Assembly: GCA_030265505.1 (NCBI GenBank)
Contig: JAJDGD010000002.1
Span: forward strand, 2,155-66,154
Origin: Ruminococcaceae bacterium OttesenSCG-928-O06
GTDB taxonomy: Bacteria > Bacillota > Clostridia > Oscillospirales > Ruminococcaceae
Direction of reading: 5' to 3'
Length of the DNA stretch: 64,000 nt
Position numbers and translations under genes: made by a program. The notes under the pieces are model-generated. The model searched no databases and had not been told where the DNA came from. It was given only the letters and a program-made list of their open reading frames with translations. Below, piece by piece: positions 28,173-38,452 of this stretch; position 1 is the first letter of the stretch, and each line of letters begins with the position of its first letter.

Positions 28173-29522
28173 TCAGCCGCTTAATGCTGTTGGGGGAATG
28201 CTGCCCCCGTTGCCTCCGGTGTTGTTTTTGTAGCGTTTGCGCACCGCGCCATATTCCAGCTTGGGCTTTGCGCTGCCTTGCACCGCCTCTTCGTTTATCT
28301 CCACCTTTATAATAGTGGGGTCGCTGGGAATCTCATACATCACGGCCATCAGGGCCTTTTCCATAATGCTGCGCAGGCCGCGCGCCCCACTGCCTATCTC
28401 AATGGCTTTTTTTGCCACGGCATGCAGGGCATCGTCGGTGAACTCCAAATCCACATTGTCCAGGCGGAACAACATCTGGTATTGCTTCACCAGGCTGTTT
28501 TTGGGCTCCGTCAAAACGCGCACCAGGGCTTCCTCGTCCAGCGGATCCAGCACCGTCACCACCGGGATGCGCCCCACAAGCTCAGGGATCAGCCCAAATT
28601 TCACGATGTCGTCCGACTCCACCTTCGAAAGCAGGTTGTGGCGCGTCTTTTTGGGGTCCTGCTTCAGGGTGGAGCCAAAACCCAGGGCGCTGGTGTCGGT
28701 ACGTTTTTGGATCAGCTTGTCCAGCCCGTCGAAGGCGCCGCCGCAGATGAACAGGATGTTCTTGGTGTTGATCTGGATAAACTCCTGCTGGGGGTGCTTG
28801 CGCCCACCCTGGGGCGGCACGTTGCTGATGGTGCCCTCAAGGATCTTCAAAAGGGCCTGCTGTACGCCCTCGCCGCCCACGTCACGGGTAATAGAGGGAT
28901 TCTCGCTCTTGCGTGTGATTTTGTCTATCTCATCAATATAGATGATGCCGCGCTCGGCGCGCTCCACGTCAAAATCCGCCGCCTGTATCAGCTTCAGCAG
29001 GATGTTCTCCACATCCTCGCCCACATAGCCGGCCTCGGTAAGGGTGGTAGCGTCTGCAATGGCGAAGGGCACCCCCAGCATGTTTGCCAGGGTTTGGGCC
29101 AGCAGGGTTTTGCCCACACCCGATGGCCCCAGCAGCAGTACGTTGCTTTTTTGCAGCTCCACGTCGTCCACGTGGGGCGTTAAAATGCGCTTGTAGTGGT
29201 TGTAAACCGAGACCGAGAGCACAGTTTTGGCCTCATCCTGGCCAATCACATACTGGTCCAGCCCGGTTTTTATCTCCTGGGGGGTAAGAATTTTGATGTC
29301 GTGCCGCACCGCGCCTTTGGGGCGGGCACGGCCCTTGGGGGCATCTTCCTGGAAACGGTCCTCGTTGCCCAAAAGGGAATAGCAAAGCTCTATGCACTCG
29401 TTGCAGATATTCACGCCCGGGCCGATGATCATACGTTCCACATCGTCCTGGCTTTTCCCGCAAAAGCTGCATATCAGTGTTTTTTCTTTGGTGGTTCCGC
29501 CACCCTTGTTGGTTGTTGCCAT
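28173..29522 (-). CDS. clpX: ATP-dependent Clp protease ATP-binding subunit ClpX
   Basis: It has the zinc-binding N-terminus CSFCGKSQ...CNEC, a Walker A ([11 protein letters not shown]), and IGF-type loop and sensor motifs. Confidence 0.95.
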   Translation of the reverse strand: MATTNKGGGTTKEKTLICSFCGKSQDDVERMIIGPGVNICNECIELCYSLLGNEDRFQEDAPKGRARPKGAVRHDIKILTPQEIKTGLDQYVIGQDEAKTVLSVSVYNHYKRILTPHVDDVELQKSNVLLLGPSGVGKTLLAQTLANMLGVPFAIADATTLTEAGYVGEDVENILLKLIQAADFDVERAERGIIYIDEIDKITRKSENPSITRDVGGEGVQQALLKILEGTISNVPPQGGRKHPQQEFIQINTKNILFICGGAFDGLDKLIQKRTDTSALGFGSTLKQDPKKTRHNLLSKVESDDIVKFGLIPELVGRIPVVTVLDPLDEEALVRVLTEPKNSLVKQYQMLFRLDNVDLEFTDDALHAVAKKAIEIGSGARGLRSIMEKALMAVMYEIPSDPTIIKVEINEEAVQGSAKPKLEYGAVRKRYKNNTGGNGGSIPPTALSG

Positions 29523-29550
29523 GGGCCTCCTTTGGGGTTTCTGCCCGGGG

Positions 29551-30135
29551 TTAGCGGCCTGTAATAATCTGGTCTATCAGCCCGTATTCCTTCGCCTCTT
29601 CGGCGCTCATAAAATAGTCGCGGTCGGTATCGCGCTCAATCACTTCCAGGGGCTGGCCGGTGGCTTCCGCCAAAATCTGGTTCAGCTTCTGCCGCATTTT
29701 CAAAATACGCTCGGCCATAATTTTGATATCGCTGGCCTTACCCTGGGCCCCGCCCGAGGGCTGGTGGATCATAATTTCGCTGTTGGGCAGGGCAATGCGC
29801 TTGCCCTTGGTGCCCGCCGCCAGCAAAAATGCGCCCATGCTAGCCGCCATGCCAATGCAGATGGTCTTGATGTCGCTTTTCACATAGTTCATGGTGTCAT
29901 AAATGGCCATGCCCGCAGTGATGGACCCGCCCGGGCTGTTGATGTACAGACTGATCTCCTTTTCGGGGTCCTGCCCCTCCAGGTACAACAACTGCGCCAC
30001 AATCAGGCTGGCGGTGGTGTCGTTCACTTCATCGCTCAACATAATGATACGGTCATTCAGCAGGCGGGAAAAAATATCGTAAGAGCGCTCTCCTCTGCTG
30101 GTTTGTTCCACTACATAAGGTACCAGGCTGCTCAT
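29551..30135 (-). CDS. clpP: ATP-dependent Clp protease proteolytic subunit
   Basis: 194 aa, with [22 protein letters not shown] and the catalytic Ser (GMAASMG) and His (IMIHQP). Confidence 0.95.
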   Translation of the reverse strand: MSSLVPYVVEQTSRGERSYDIFSRLLNDRIIMLSDEVNDTTASLIVAQLLYLEGQDPEKEISLYINSPGGSITAGMAIYDTMNYVKSDIKTICIGMAASMGAFLLAAGTKGKRIALPNSEIMIHQPSGGAQGKASDIKIMAERILKMRQKLNQILAEATGQPLEVIERDTDRDYFMSAEEAKEYGLIDQIITGR

Positions 30136-30161
30136 AATACTATCCTTTCACAAAAGCTGTG

Positions 30162-31586
30162 TTATGCTTCGGCGTTTTTTTCCTCGGGTTTCTCTTCCGG
30201 TTTTTCGGCGGCCTTCTTGGCCGGTTTTTTTGCCGCTGCTTTCTTGGCGGGGGCTTTCTTGGGCTTTTCCTCGGTGTCGGCCTCGCCCTTCTTCACCGGT
30301 TCGTCCTTGATGACGGCCTTTTCCTTCACAAGGTCAATGGCTTTGTTCACCGCCAAATCCTTGGCGATGTTTTCGCGGGGCATCAGGTCTGCCACCTGCT
30401 CCTTTTCCATGCTATACATTTCGGCAATGCGTTCAATTTCTTTATCTACATCTTCGTCTGTGGCCACAATGTTCTCTTGCTTTACAATGGCTTCCATGGC
30501 CAGGCGTATCTTCACTTGCTTTTCGGCGTCCTCGCGGAAGCGCTCGCGCAAGGCCTCAAAGCTAAGCCCCATCATCTGCATATAGGTGTTGAAGTCGATG
30601 CCGCCCTGGCTCTCGATGCGCATCATGAAATCGCGCAACATATCATTGGTGGCGCTCTCGTACATCACCTCGGGGATCTCCCCCTCCACGGTCTCGATGA
30701 TCTGATCCACCAGGGCATTTTCCAGCTCGCGGTCGCTCTGCTCGTCCAGTTGCTTCTGCTGCTTGTCGCGCAGGCTCTGGCGGAACTCCTCCATGGTGTC
30801 GAACTCGCTCACGTCTTTGGCAAACTCGTCGTCTGCCTCGTCCATCTCTTTGTACTCCACCTTGTTCAGTTTCACCTTAAAAACTGCCGGTTTGCCGGCC
30901 AGATTTTCGGCGTGGTACTCCTCGGGGAAGGTGACGTTCACGTCAAACTCGTCGCCGGCCACATGCCCCACAATCTGCTCTTCAAAGCCGTCGATAAAGC
31001 TGCCGCCGCCCAAAGGCTCCAGCTTGTGGTCCTCGCCTTTGCCGCCTTCAAATGCCTCGCCGTCCATAAAGCCCTCAAAGTCAATATGCACGGTGTCGCC
31101 ATTTTCGGCGGCGCCCTCTTTGGTAATAAGGCGGGCATTGCGCTCCCGCAACTGGTCTATCTCTGCCGCCACGGCGCTTTCATCTATGGGGTACACCTTG
31201 CGGGCGGCCTTCAGCCCGGTGTATTTGCCCAGCTTGATCTCGGGCTTCACAATCACTTTGGCCTTCAGCACGGCGCCTTCGTCACGCGTGGCGGAAAGCA
31301 TTTCCACATCCTGGCTGCCCACGGCCTCCAGGCCCGCTTCTTCCACGGCTTTTTCAAACTCTTCAGGGAAGATATCATTCACGGCATCGTACAAAAATAC
31401 GTCTTCGCCGTAAATTTGCTCTATGCGGTTGCGCGGGGCATGCCCCCGGCGAAAGCCCGGCACGTTGTATTTCTTCGCATCCCGCCGGTACACCTTAGAG
31501 ATTGCCTCCCGCAGTTGCTCCGGCTCAATGACAAATTCAATCTCGTAAATGTTGGTTTCCACTTTCTCGGACTTGTTTAGTTTCAT
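30162..31586 (-). CDS. tig: Trigger factor (with Lys/Ala/Glu-rich C-terminal tail)
   Basis: The ATG at 31586 follows GGAGG. It has a ribosome-binding N-domain (GFRRGHAP) and an FKBP-type PPIase domain. A roughly 45-aa low-complexity tail, KPKKAPAKKAAAKKPAKKAAEKPEEKPEEK, follows. Confidence 0.95.
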   Translation of the reverse strand: MKLNKSEKVETNIYEIEFVIEPEQLREAISKVYRRDAKKYNVPGFRRGHAPRNRIEQIYGEDVFLYDAVNDIFPEEFEKAVEEAGLEAVGSQDVEMLSATRDEGAVLKAKVIVKPEIKLGKYTGLKAARKVYPIDESAVAAEIDQLRERNARLITKEGAAENGDTVHIDFEGFMDGEAFEGGKGEDHKLEPLGGGSFIDGFEEQIVGHVAGDEFDVNVTFPEEYHAENLAGKPAVFKVKLNKVEYKEMDEADDEFAKDVSEFDTMEEFRQSLRDKQQKQLDEQSDRELENALVDQIIETVEGEIPEVMYESATNDMLRDFMMRIESQGGIDFNTYMQMMGLSFEALRERFREDAEKQVKIRLAMEAIVKQENIVATDEDVDKEIERIAEMYSMEKEQVADLMPRENIAKDLAVNKAIDLVKEKAVIKDEPVKKGEADTEEKPKKAPAKKAAAKKPAKKAAEKPEEKPEEKNAEA

Positions 31587-31651
31587 TTCGGCGCCTCCAA
31601 AATCCAAATTCAGTCTATTATATCATATCCATATTTCTTTTGCTATGTATA

Positions 31652-32356
31652 TCAGGTGAAATCCGTTTCAATTTTCAAGGGGGCAAAGCCCAAAGCGTCT
31701 GCGCTGGCCAGTGTATACATGATACCGTCCTTTTCCCCTTGGAAGGCCCGGCGGATGGCCGGCCCGTGCAGATGCCCATAATAGCAGCGCTTCACGCCAT
31801 ATTCCTGCAGCACTTCGGTCATCTCCCCGGCCCAAGCGTCCGGGTGCACGGGCGGGTAGTGTAAAAAGGCAATACGCTCCGCCTCGGGCCAGTTCTTTTG
31901 GGCGTGCTGCAGGGAAAAGGCAAGGCGGCCCACCTCGCGCCGAATAATCTTCTCGTCGTGTACATCCCCCGGCTCAAACATCCAGCCCCGGGTACCGCAC
32001 AGGGCTACGCCTTCGGCTAAAAAGCTGTTGTTGTGCAAAAAATGCAGGCTGGTAAGGTCGTTCTCCTCCAAAAACCGCTCCATCTTGGCGCGGGTGGTCC
32101 ACCAGTAGTCGTGGTTGCCCTTCCCCAGCAGCTTTTGGCCGGGCAGCGCGTGCAAAAAACGAAAGTCTTCCAGGGTGTTTTCCAGCTTCATCGCCCAGGA
32201 TACATCCCCCGGCACCACCACGGTGTCCTGCGGGGCAACCGTGGCCTGCCATTGCTGGGTAAGGCGGGCAAGGTAGCCCTGCCACCCCGGGAAGATGTCC
32301 ATGGGCTTGTCGCTTCCCAGCGCAAGATGCAAATCCCCGATCACGAACAGTGCCAT
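31652..32356 (-). CDS. Metallophosphoesterase family protein
   Basis: The ATG at 32356 follows GAGGGGAGGGGG. The protein starts MALFVIGDLHL, with GDVSW, GNHDYWW and GHLH motifs of calcineurin-like phosphoesterases. Confidence 0.8.
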   Translation of the reverse strand: MALFVIGDLHLALGSDKPMDIFPGWQGYLARLTQQWQATVAPQDTVVVPGDVSWAMKLENTLEDFRFLHALPGQKLLGKGNHDYWWTTRAKMERFLEENDLTSLHFLHNNSFLAEGVALCGTRGWMFEPGDVHDEKIIRREVGRLAFSLQHAQKNWPEAERIAFLHYPPVHPDAWAGEMTEVLQEYGVKRCYYGHLHGPAIRRAFQGEKDGIMYTLASADALGFAPLKIETDFT

Positions 32357-32393
32357 AACCCCCTCCCCTCGGTTGCCGCATTCTCTCCCGGTT

Positions 32394-33854
32394 TTATAGT
32401 GTAAGAGGAATGGAAACAATCGTCTCAGGGTCCATAACATCTGTAAAGCGTTCTGCCTTTTCAGATAAATTCGCCAGGTTCGGCGGCACTACAGCACCGC
32501 TGTACGCCTGCAGGGCGTCTATGGCGGCAAATTCATCCTGTGGCACCGGCTGGCCCAGGGCTTCCAGCACCTGCGGGGCAAATTTGAAGGGGCTTGCGGT
32601 GGAAAGCACCACCGTGGGCACGCCATCCCGGGCATAGCTTTTGTGGTATACCTGCAGGGCAACAGCCGTATGGGGGTCGCACAGGTAACGGTACTGGGCA
32701 AAGCACTCGCGTATCTCGCCGAACACCTCGTCCTCTGCGGCCCAGCCGGCCGTAAAGGTGGTGTTTATCTTTGCCAGGGTGGCGGCATCCACCGTATAGC
32801 TGCCATTTTGCGCCAGCTGTTCCATCCATTCCTTCGTTTGGGCATCGCTTTGGGTGGCGTGGTACAGCAGCCGCTCCAGGTTCGAGGACACCAGAATATC
32901 CATAGACGGCGAACTCGTCTTGTGGAAAGCCCGCTTGCTGTCGTAGCGGCCGGTCTGCAAAAAGTCTGCCAACACGTTATTTTTATTGCTGGCGCAAATC
33001 AGGCGGCCAATGGGCAGGCCCATCTGCTTTGCATACCACCCGGCCATAATGTCCCCAAAGTTCCCCGTGGGCACGCAAAAATCCACCTCGTCACCGTAGG
33101 CAATGGTCCCCTGCTGCCACAGGTGCAAATAGCTGGTGACATAGTACACAATTTGCGGCACCAGCCGCCCCCAGTTGATGGAGTTGGCGCTGGACAGCTT
33201 CGCGTCGTGCTCCTGGGCCAGTTTTTGGGCCAGGGCCTTGTCTGTGAAGGCGGCTTTTACACCGCGCTGGGCATCGTCAAAGTTGCCGTGTACAGCATAT
33301 ACCGCCACGTTGCGGCCTTCCTGGGTAGTCATCTGCAGGCGCTGCAACTCGCTGGTGCCGTTGTTGGGGTAAAACACCGCAATTTTAATGCCCGGCACAT
33401 CGCTGTAGCCCGCCAGGGCAGCGCCGCCGGTGTCGCCCGAGGTTGCCACCAGAATAATGGTCTCACCGGTTTCCCCCAGCATCTTGCGCGCCTCTGCCAG
33501 GGTTTTGGGCATCAGTTGCAGGGCATAGTCTTTAAAAGCCGCCGTGGGGCCGTGCCACAGCTCCAGGCAGTACAGCTTTTCGTCAAGGCCCACAATCTGC
33601 CCCACCTTGCCGCCAAAGGGGGCACCATAGCTGGCCGCCAGCGCATCCCGCAAAAAGGCCTCGTCATAGTCCGTCAAAAATACGCGCAGCACCTCGAAAG
33701 CAACTTCGGGGTACGAAAGGCCCTTCAGGCGGGAAAAGTCCATCTGAGGGATACTTTTGGGTACAAACAGGCCGCCGTCGGGGGAAAGCCCCGTCAAAAT
33801 AGCCTGGGCAGAGGATACCCCCACGGCGGAATCCCTCGTACTCTCATACTGCAT
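32394..33854 (-). CDS. thrC: Threonine synthase (long form)
   Basis: 486 aa. It starts MQYESTR, contains GPTAAFKD (the PLP lysine) and has the ATSGDTGGAA region. Confidence 0.9.
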   Translation of the reverse strand: MQYESTRDSAVGVSSAQAILTGLSPDGGLFVPKSIPQMDFSRLKGLSYPEVAFEVLRVFLTDYDEAFLRDALAASYGAPFGGKVGQIVGLDEKLYCLELWHGPTAAFKDYALQLMPKTLAEARKMLGETGETIILVATSGDTGGAALAGYSDVPGIKIAVFYPNNGTSELQRLQMTTQEGRNVAVYAVHGNFDDAQRGVKAAFTDKALAQKLAQEHDAKLSSANSINWGRLVPQIVYYVTSYLHLWQQGTIAYGDEVDFCVPTGNFGDIMAGWYAKQMGLPIGRLICASNKNNVLADFLQTGRYDSKRAFHKTSSPSMDILVSSNLERLLYHATQSDAQTKEWMEQLAQNGSYTVDAATLAKINTTFTAGWAAEDEVFGEIRECFAQYRYLCDPHTAVALQVYHKSYARDGVPTVVLSTASPFKFAPQVLEALGQPVPQDEFAAIDALQAYSGAVVPPNLANLSEKAERFTDVMDPETIVSIPLTL

Positions 33855-33877
33855 ATCTATTCCTCCCCCGCGCCCGG

Positions 33878-34237
33878 CTAGGCGCCGAACGCATTCTCTA
33901 TAATGTGTACCCGTGGCGGTGCGGCGCCCGCAAGGTATACCTCGGCAACATCAAAGCGCATGTGGGCCTCGGTAAGGCCCTGCTGCTGCAGCCATATTTG
34001 CGCCGCCGCCAGCACTTTTCGCTGCTTTTTGGCGTCCACCCATTCCGCAGGGGCGGCAATAGCGCCTTCGCTGCGGGCCTTTACCTCGCAAAACACCACA
34101 AGGTCATCCTTTTCCAAAATCAGGTCCACCTCACCCAGGCGGGTGGCAAAGTTGCGGCGCAAAAGCCGGTACCCGGCGGCGGCATAGGCCCTGGCCGCCG
34201 CGTCCTCGCCGGTGCGGCCGGCATCATTTTTGTTCAT
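33878..34237 (-). CDS. YraN family (UPF0102) endonuclease-like protein
   Basis: 119 aa with ...GEDAAARAYAAAGYRLLRRNFATRLGEVDLIL...VVFCEVKAR..., the typical YraN motif. Its start overlaps the rnhB stop. Confidence 0.8.
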   Translation of the reverse strand: MNKNDAGRTGEDAAARAYAAAGYRLLRRNFATRLGEVDLILEKDDLVVFCEVKARSEGAIAAPAEWVDAKKQRKVLAAAQIWLQQQGLTEAHMRFDVAEVYLAGAAPPRVHIIENAFGA

Positions 34238-34854
34238 ACCAAACCCGACTTTTTCAAGAAACTTTTGCGGTAAAAAGACTGTATACCATGCTCTCGCAGC
34301 AGCTCGTAATGCAGCTTTGTGCCATAGCCTTTATGTTGCGCCAGCATATATTGTGGATATTGCGCATCTAGTTCTATCATATGGCGGTCCCGCGTTACCT
34401 TGGCCAAAATGGACGCTGCCGCGATACTGGCGCTTTGTGCGTCCCCTTTGGTGACGCACACGCACGGCCGCAAAAAAGCGGGCGCGCTGTTGCCGTCCAG
34501 CAAAATCACATCTGGCGCAAGGGCCAGCCCCTGCACCGCCTGCTGCATGCCCAGGTGGGTGGCCTGCAGAATGTTGATTTCATCAATCACCTCGGGCGGC
34601 ACCAGGGCCACATGCCAGGCCAGGGCCGTTTGTGTAATCGCATCGTACAGGGCCTCGCGCTTTGCCTCGCTCAGCTTTTTGGAGTCGTTCAAGCCCTCGA
34701 TAGGCCTTTGGGCATCCAGTATCACGGCCCCCACGGCCACCGGCCCGCACAGCGGGCCGCGCCCGGCTTCATCCACCCCGCACACAAGGGGCGTCGTGAC
34801 GCGGTATTCTGCATCAAATCGATACAATTCCTCAAACAGAAGGCTTTTGGGCAT
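34234..34854 (-). CDS. rnhB: Ribonuclease HII
   Basis: The ATG at 34854. It contains GVDEAGRGPLCGPV (the DEAGRG active site) and ...DSKKLS... Confidence 0.9.
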   Translation of the reverse strand: MPKSLLFEELYRFDAEYRVTTPLVCGVDEAGRGPLCGPVAVGAVILDAQRPIEGLNDSKKLSEAKREALYDAITQTALAWHVALVPPEVIDEINILQATHLGMQQAVQGLALAPDVILLDGNSAPAFLRPCVCVTKGDAQSASIAAASILAKVTRDRHMIELDAQYPQYMLAQHKGYGTKLHYELLREHGIQSFYRKSFLKKSGLV

Positions 34855-35749
34855 GCGCCTCTCCCCCTTCCTCGGGGTGCGGGGGGCTCTCCAGGGTAAC
34901 GCGGCCCAGCTTCCCGGCGCGGAACTCATCCAGCACCGCGATGGCCGCCCGTTCCAGGTCCACCTCGCCGCCGGATATCAGCATACCGCGGCGCTTCCCC
35001 ACCGCTTCCAGCAGGCCCCAGCCGTCCAGGGAAAGCTGCGCCTCGCTTAGCTTGAAGCGTTCCTGCAAGCGCGGGGCATAGGGTGCCGCCAACTGGGCCA
35101 ACAACCCGGCGGCAATCTCCTCCGTGTTCAGCAGCTTGTCCGGGATGGAACCGATCAACGCCAGGTTCACTGCCGTCTGCTCGTTTTCAAAGCGCTTCCA
35201 CAACACGCCGGGCATGTCCAAAAGCTCATATTCTCCGGCGCCTATCCACTGCTCGCCCCGGGTAACCCCCGGTTTATCGGCCGTTCTGGCCCGGGCGCCC
35301 CCGGCCCAGTTGTTAATAAATGTAGACTTGCCCACGTTGGGGATGCCGGTGATCATCAAGCGGGTTTTCGCCCCCTGCATGCCTTTTTCCCGCCGCCGGC
35401 GCATCAGGTCCTCCAAGGCTTCCTCCACCTGGGCGCGCACCGGGGAAAAGGCCCCCCTTTGTTTTGAGTTGATGGCAACCGCACCGTTGCCCTGGGTATA
35501 AAACCATTTTCGCCACTGCGCCGTCACGGCGTCGTCCGCAAGGTCGCTCTTGTTCAGCACATACAGGCGTGGTTTTGTGCCGTACATGTTCTGTAGTTCC
35601 GGGTTCAGGCTGGCGGCGGGAATGCGCGCATCCAGCAGCTGCACCACAGCATCCACCAACGGCAGCTTTTCCTGCACGCGGCGCAGGGTTTTTGCCATGT
35701 GCCCGGGGAACCAGTGGATACTTCTGCGGTTCAGGTAATCTTCGCTCAT
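34832..35749 (-). CDS. rbgA: Ribosome biogenesis GTPase A (YlqF/RbgA)
   Basis: The ATG at 35749 overlaps the lepB stop (ATGA). It starts IHWFPGHMAKT and shows circularly permuted GTPase motifs (NKSDL ... GIPNVGKST). Confidence 0.9.
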   Translation of the reverse strand: MSEDYLNRRSIHWFPGHMAKTLRRVQEKLPLVDAVVQLLDARIPAASLNPELQNMYGTKPRLYVLNKSDLADDAVTAQWRKWFYTQGNGAVAINSKQRGAFSPVRAQVEEALEDLMRRRREKGMQGAKTRLMITGIPNVGKSTFINNWAGGARARTADKPGVTRGEQWIGAGEYELLDMPGVLWKRFENEQTAVNLALIGSIPDKLLNTEEIAAGLLAQLAAPYAPRLQERFKLSEAQLSLDGWGLLEAVGKRRGMLISGGEVDLERAAIAVLDEFRAGKLGRVTLESPPHPEEGGEAHAQKPSV

Positions 35750-36285
35750 TCCACTGTCCCGAAAGCAGAGATGGGCAAAATGCGGAAAATCACCTCGCCC
35801 AAAATGTCCCGTTCGTCTATGCAACCTATTTCAGAGTGGCGGCTGTCCTTGGAATAAGGCCGGTTGTCCCCCAGAAGGAACAGGGTGCCCTCCGGCACCA
35901 CCAGCGGGAACTCAACATCAAACTTCCGCGTCGTCAAGTCGGAGATATACGGCTCGTTCAATATGGTGCCGTTCACAATCACATCCCCGGTCTCGAAGTT
36001 GATGTCCACCAGGTCGCCCCCCATGCCGATGACCCGTTTTACAATGGGCTCGCCATAGTTGGTGTAGCCGTCCACCACTACGATGTCTCCATATTTCGGC
36101 GTATAGAATATGCCGCGCACAATCAGTTGCTCTCCGTCTTGCAGGGTGGGCACCATGCTCACGCCGTCCACGTTCACAGTGCGCACCACCAACAACAGCA
36201 CCACCAACACCAGGGTAAGCGCAAACAGCAGTGCGTCAAACCACTCTAAAATAGAGGTATTTCTTTCCCTGCGGGCCTGGTCCAT
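35746..36285 (-). CDS. lepB: Signal peptidase I
   Basis: 179 aa. A transmembrane anchor is followed by GVSMVPTL (catalytic Ser), KRVIGMGGD (Lys) and GDNRPYSKDSR. Confidence 0.9.
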   Translation of the reverse strand: MDQARRERNTSILEWFDALLFALTLVLVVLLLVVRTVNVDGVSMVPTLQDGEQLIVRGIFYTPKYGDIVVVDGYTNYGEPIVKRVIGMGGDLVDINFETGDVIVNGTILNEPYISDLTTRKFDVEFPLVVPEGTLFLLGDNRPYSKDSRHSEIGCIDERDILGEVIFRILPISAFGTVE

Positions 36286-36318
36286 TCTAAAAAACCTCCC
36301 TGCCGTACCCTACCATGT

Positions 36319-36349
36319 AAAAAAAGGGGGACAATTCCCATTGTCCCCC
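36319..36349 (-). terminator. Intrinsic terminator after rplS
   Basis: On the minus strand the hairpin GGGGGACAAT-GGGA-ATTGTCCCCC is followed by TTTTTTT. Confidence 0.7.
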
Positions 36350-36361
36350 AGCTTTTGCGCA

Positions 36362-36703
36362 TTACAGTTTTTGTTTTACCTTGGCGGCTTTGCCGGTACG
36401 CTCCCTCAGGTAGTACAGCTTTGCGCGGCGCACCTTGCCCTTGCGCACAACCTCTACCTTCTCTACCAGGGGCGAATGGATGGGAAACACACGTTCCACC
36501 CCCACGCCATAGGAAAAACGCCGCACTGTGAACGTCTCGGAAATGCCACCGTGCTTTTTGGCAATCACGGTGCCTTCAAACACCTGGATACGCTCCCGCT
36601 CGCCCTCTTTGATGCGCACACTTACGCGCACGGTGTCACCAATGTTGAACTTGGGCACCTCGGGCTTCAAGGAGCCTTGGGAAATGATCTTCAACGCGTC
36701 CAT
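36362..36703 (-). CDS. rplS: 50S ribosomal protein L19
   Basis: The ATG at 36703 lies 6 nt after GGAGGAG. It contains [35 protein letters not shown]..., which is canonical L19. Confidence 0.95.
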   Translation of the reverse strand: MDALKIISQGSLKPEVPKFNIGDTVRVSVRIKEGERERIQVFEGTVIAKKHGGISETFTVRRFSYGVGVERVFPIHSPLVEKVEVVRKGKVRRAKLYYLRERTGKAAKVKQKL

Positions 36704-36864
36704 TGGGTTCTCCTCCATTTTTTACAAGACATTCATACCCGGAGTACCCGGCAGAGGACTGTCCGATTCATGTTTCGGCCAAAAGGCCTTCGCATCAACC
36801 CTGCTGGTGGTGCCAGCAGACCAGAGCGCCAAAATATAATATCATACTTGCCTGCGTATTGCAA
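36704..36864 (-). promoter_or_regulatory. rplS promoter plus structured ~125-nt leader (possible L19 autoregulatory leader)
   Basis: On the minus strand: TTGCAA (36864-36859), a 17-nt spacer, then TATTAT (36841-36836). Three hairpins follow (CTGCTGG/CCAGCAG, GGCC/GGCC, CCGG/CCGG) before the ribosome-binding site. The assignment to the L19 leader family is inference only. Confidence 0.35.
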
Positions 36865-37079
36865 GGGTTTTGCCATGTTTTTGGCTGCGCGGGGCCTCCT
36901 GCCGCTTTTGCGGTTATTCTCTTCTTCAGATGGTTGGCATTTCCCGGCCCAAGGTGGTAAAATGTTTGCAGTGTTGTTTGTGCTGCACGGCCCTTTGCAG
37001 CACATGGCAGCGTTTCAACAAGGCCCGGGCACATAATGCCCGCCGGTGCCCAGTATACCACACTAAAGGAAGCCCCGCC

Positions 37080-38441
37080 ATGCCCCTTGTGAAAAACCAG
37101 CTCATCCCCCTGTCCATCGGGGCCATCTCCAGCGACGGCAACGGCATTGGCCGCCACGACGGCCAGGCCGTGTTTGTGCCTGCCACCGCCGTGGGCGATA
37201 CCGTGCAGGTGCGCATCACCAAGGTGCAAAAGCAGTATGCCTACGCGCGGCCGGAGGAAGTTCTTCAGCCCGGGCCGGGCCGCCGCGAGGAGGACTGCCC
37301 CGTAAGCCGGGTGTGCGGCGGGTGCAACTTCCGGCATCTCACCTATGAGGCGGAGCTTTGCGCAAAACAGGGCTTTGTGGCCGACGCCCTGCGCCGCATT
37401 GGGCACCTGGATGTATCCCCCCGGCCCATCTGCCCCTCCCCACAGGAGGACCGCTACCGCAACAAGGTGCAATACCCTGTGGCCGCAGGGCAAAATGGAG
37501 AGCTCCTCACCGGGTTTTATGCGGCGCACAGCCACCGCGTGGTTCCCTGCCAGGATTGCCTGCTGCAGCCGCAGCTTTTGAACCGCATTGCCGCCCGCGC
37601 GGCCGCACTTTTGCAAGGCGCCGGGGCGGCAGCCTATAACGAGGCCACCCAAACCGGCCTTGTGCGGCACCTCTACCTGCGGCAAAGCACCCAAAGCGGC
37701 GGGGTGCTATTGTGCTTTGTGCTGGCCGGGCGCGCCTTGCCCGGCGGCGGCACGGTAGAGACCGCCCTGCTACAGAAATTTCCTGAAATTGAGACCATTG
37801 TGCTGAACCACAACCCCAAAAATACCAACGTGGTGCTGGGGCGCGAAAATCGTGTACTATATGGCAAAGGCACCCTGAACGACAGCCTGTGCAGTGTGCC
37901 CTTAAAGCTGGGGGTGCACAGCTTTGCCCAGGTGAACGCCGCCGGGGCAGAAAAACTGTTCGGCTTTGCCGCCGCGTTTGCCGCGCCGCAAAAACACGAA
38001 GTGCTGCTGGACCTTTACTGCGGCACCGGGGTCATCGGCTTGTCCATGGCGGCTTCGGCAAAGCGTCTCATCGGGGTGGATATTGTGCCCCCGGCCATAG
38101 AGAGCGCCCGGGAAAGCGCGCAGAAAATGGGCCTTTCCAACACCAACTTTTTGTGTGCAGACGCCGCCGGTGCCGCCGCGCGCCTGGCCGCCCAGGGGGA
38201 AAAGCCCGATGTGATTGTACTGGATCCACCCCGCAAGGGCGCGGGCGCCGCCACGCTGCAGGCTGTTTTGGCCATGGCGCCGCAGCGCATTGTAATGGTA
38301 AGCTGTAACCCGGCCACCCTGGCAAGAGACCTTGCCATTTTGGCAACAGGCGGGTATGCTGTAGATATTGTGCAACCGGTGGACCTGTTCCCCCGCACAA
38401 AGCATGTGGAATGTGTTTGCCTGCTTACAAAACACGCCTGA
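37080..38441 (+). CDS. rlmD: 23S rRNA (uracil-5-)-methyltransferase RlmD/RumA family
   Basis: The ATG at 37080. It has a TRAM domain (GNGIGRHDGQAVFVPATAVGDTVQVRITKV), an Fe-S cysteine cluster (CGGCNFRH...C) and a SAM fold (DLYCGTG; the active-site Cys in VSCNPATLARD). Confidence 0.85.
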   Translation: MPLVKNQLIPLSIGAISSDGNGIGRHDGQAVFVPATAVGDTVQVRITKVQKQYAYARPEEVLQPGPGRREEDCPVSRVCGGCNFRHLTYEAELCAKQGFVADALRRIGHLDVSPRPICPSPQEDRYRNKVQYPVAAGQNGELLTGFYAAHSHRVVPCQDCLLQPQLLNRIAARAAALLQGAGAAAYNEATQTGLVRHLYLRQSTQSGGVLLCFVLAGRALPGGGTVETALLQKFPEIETIVLNHNPKNTNVVLGRENRVLYGKGTLNDSLCSVPLKLGVHSFAQVNAAGAEKLFGFAAAFAAPQKHEVLLDLYCGTGVIGLSMAASAKRLIGVDIVPPAIESARESAQKMGLSNTNFLCADAAGAAARLAAQGEKPDVIVLDPPRKGAGAATLQAVLAMAPQRIVMVSCNPATLARDLAILATGGYAVDIVQPVDLFPRTKHVECVCLLTKHA

Positions 38442-38452
38442 AGGAGGCTTTT

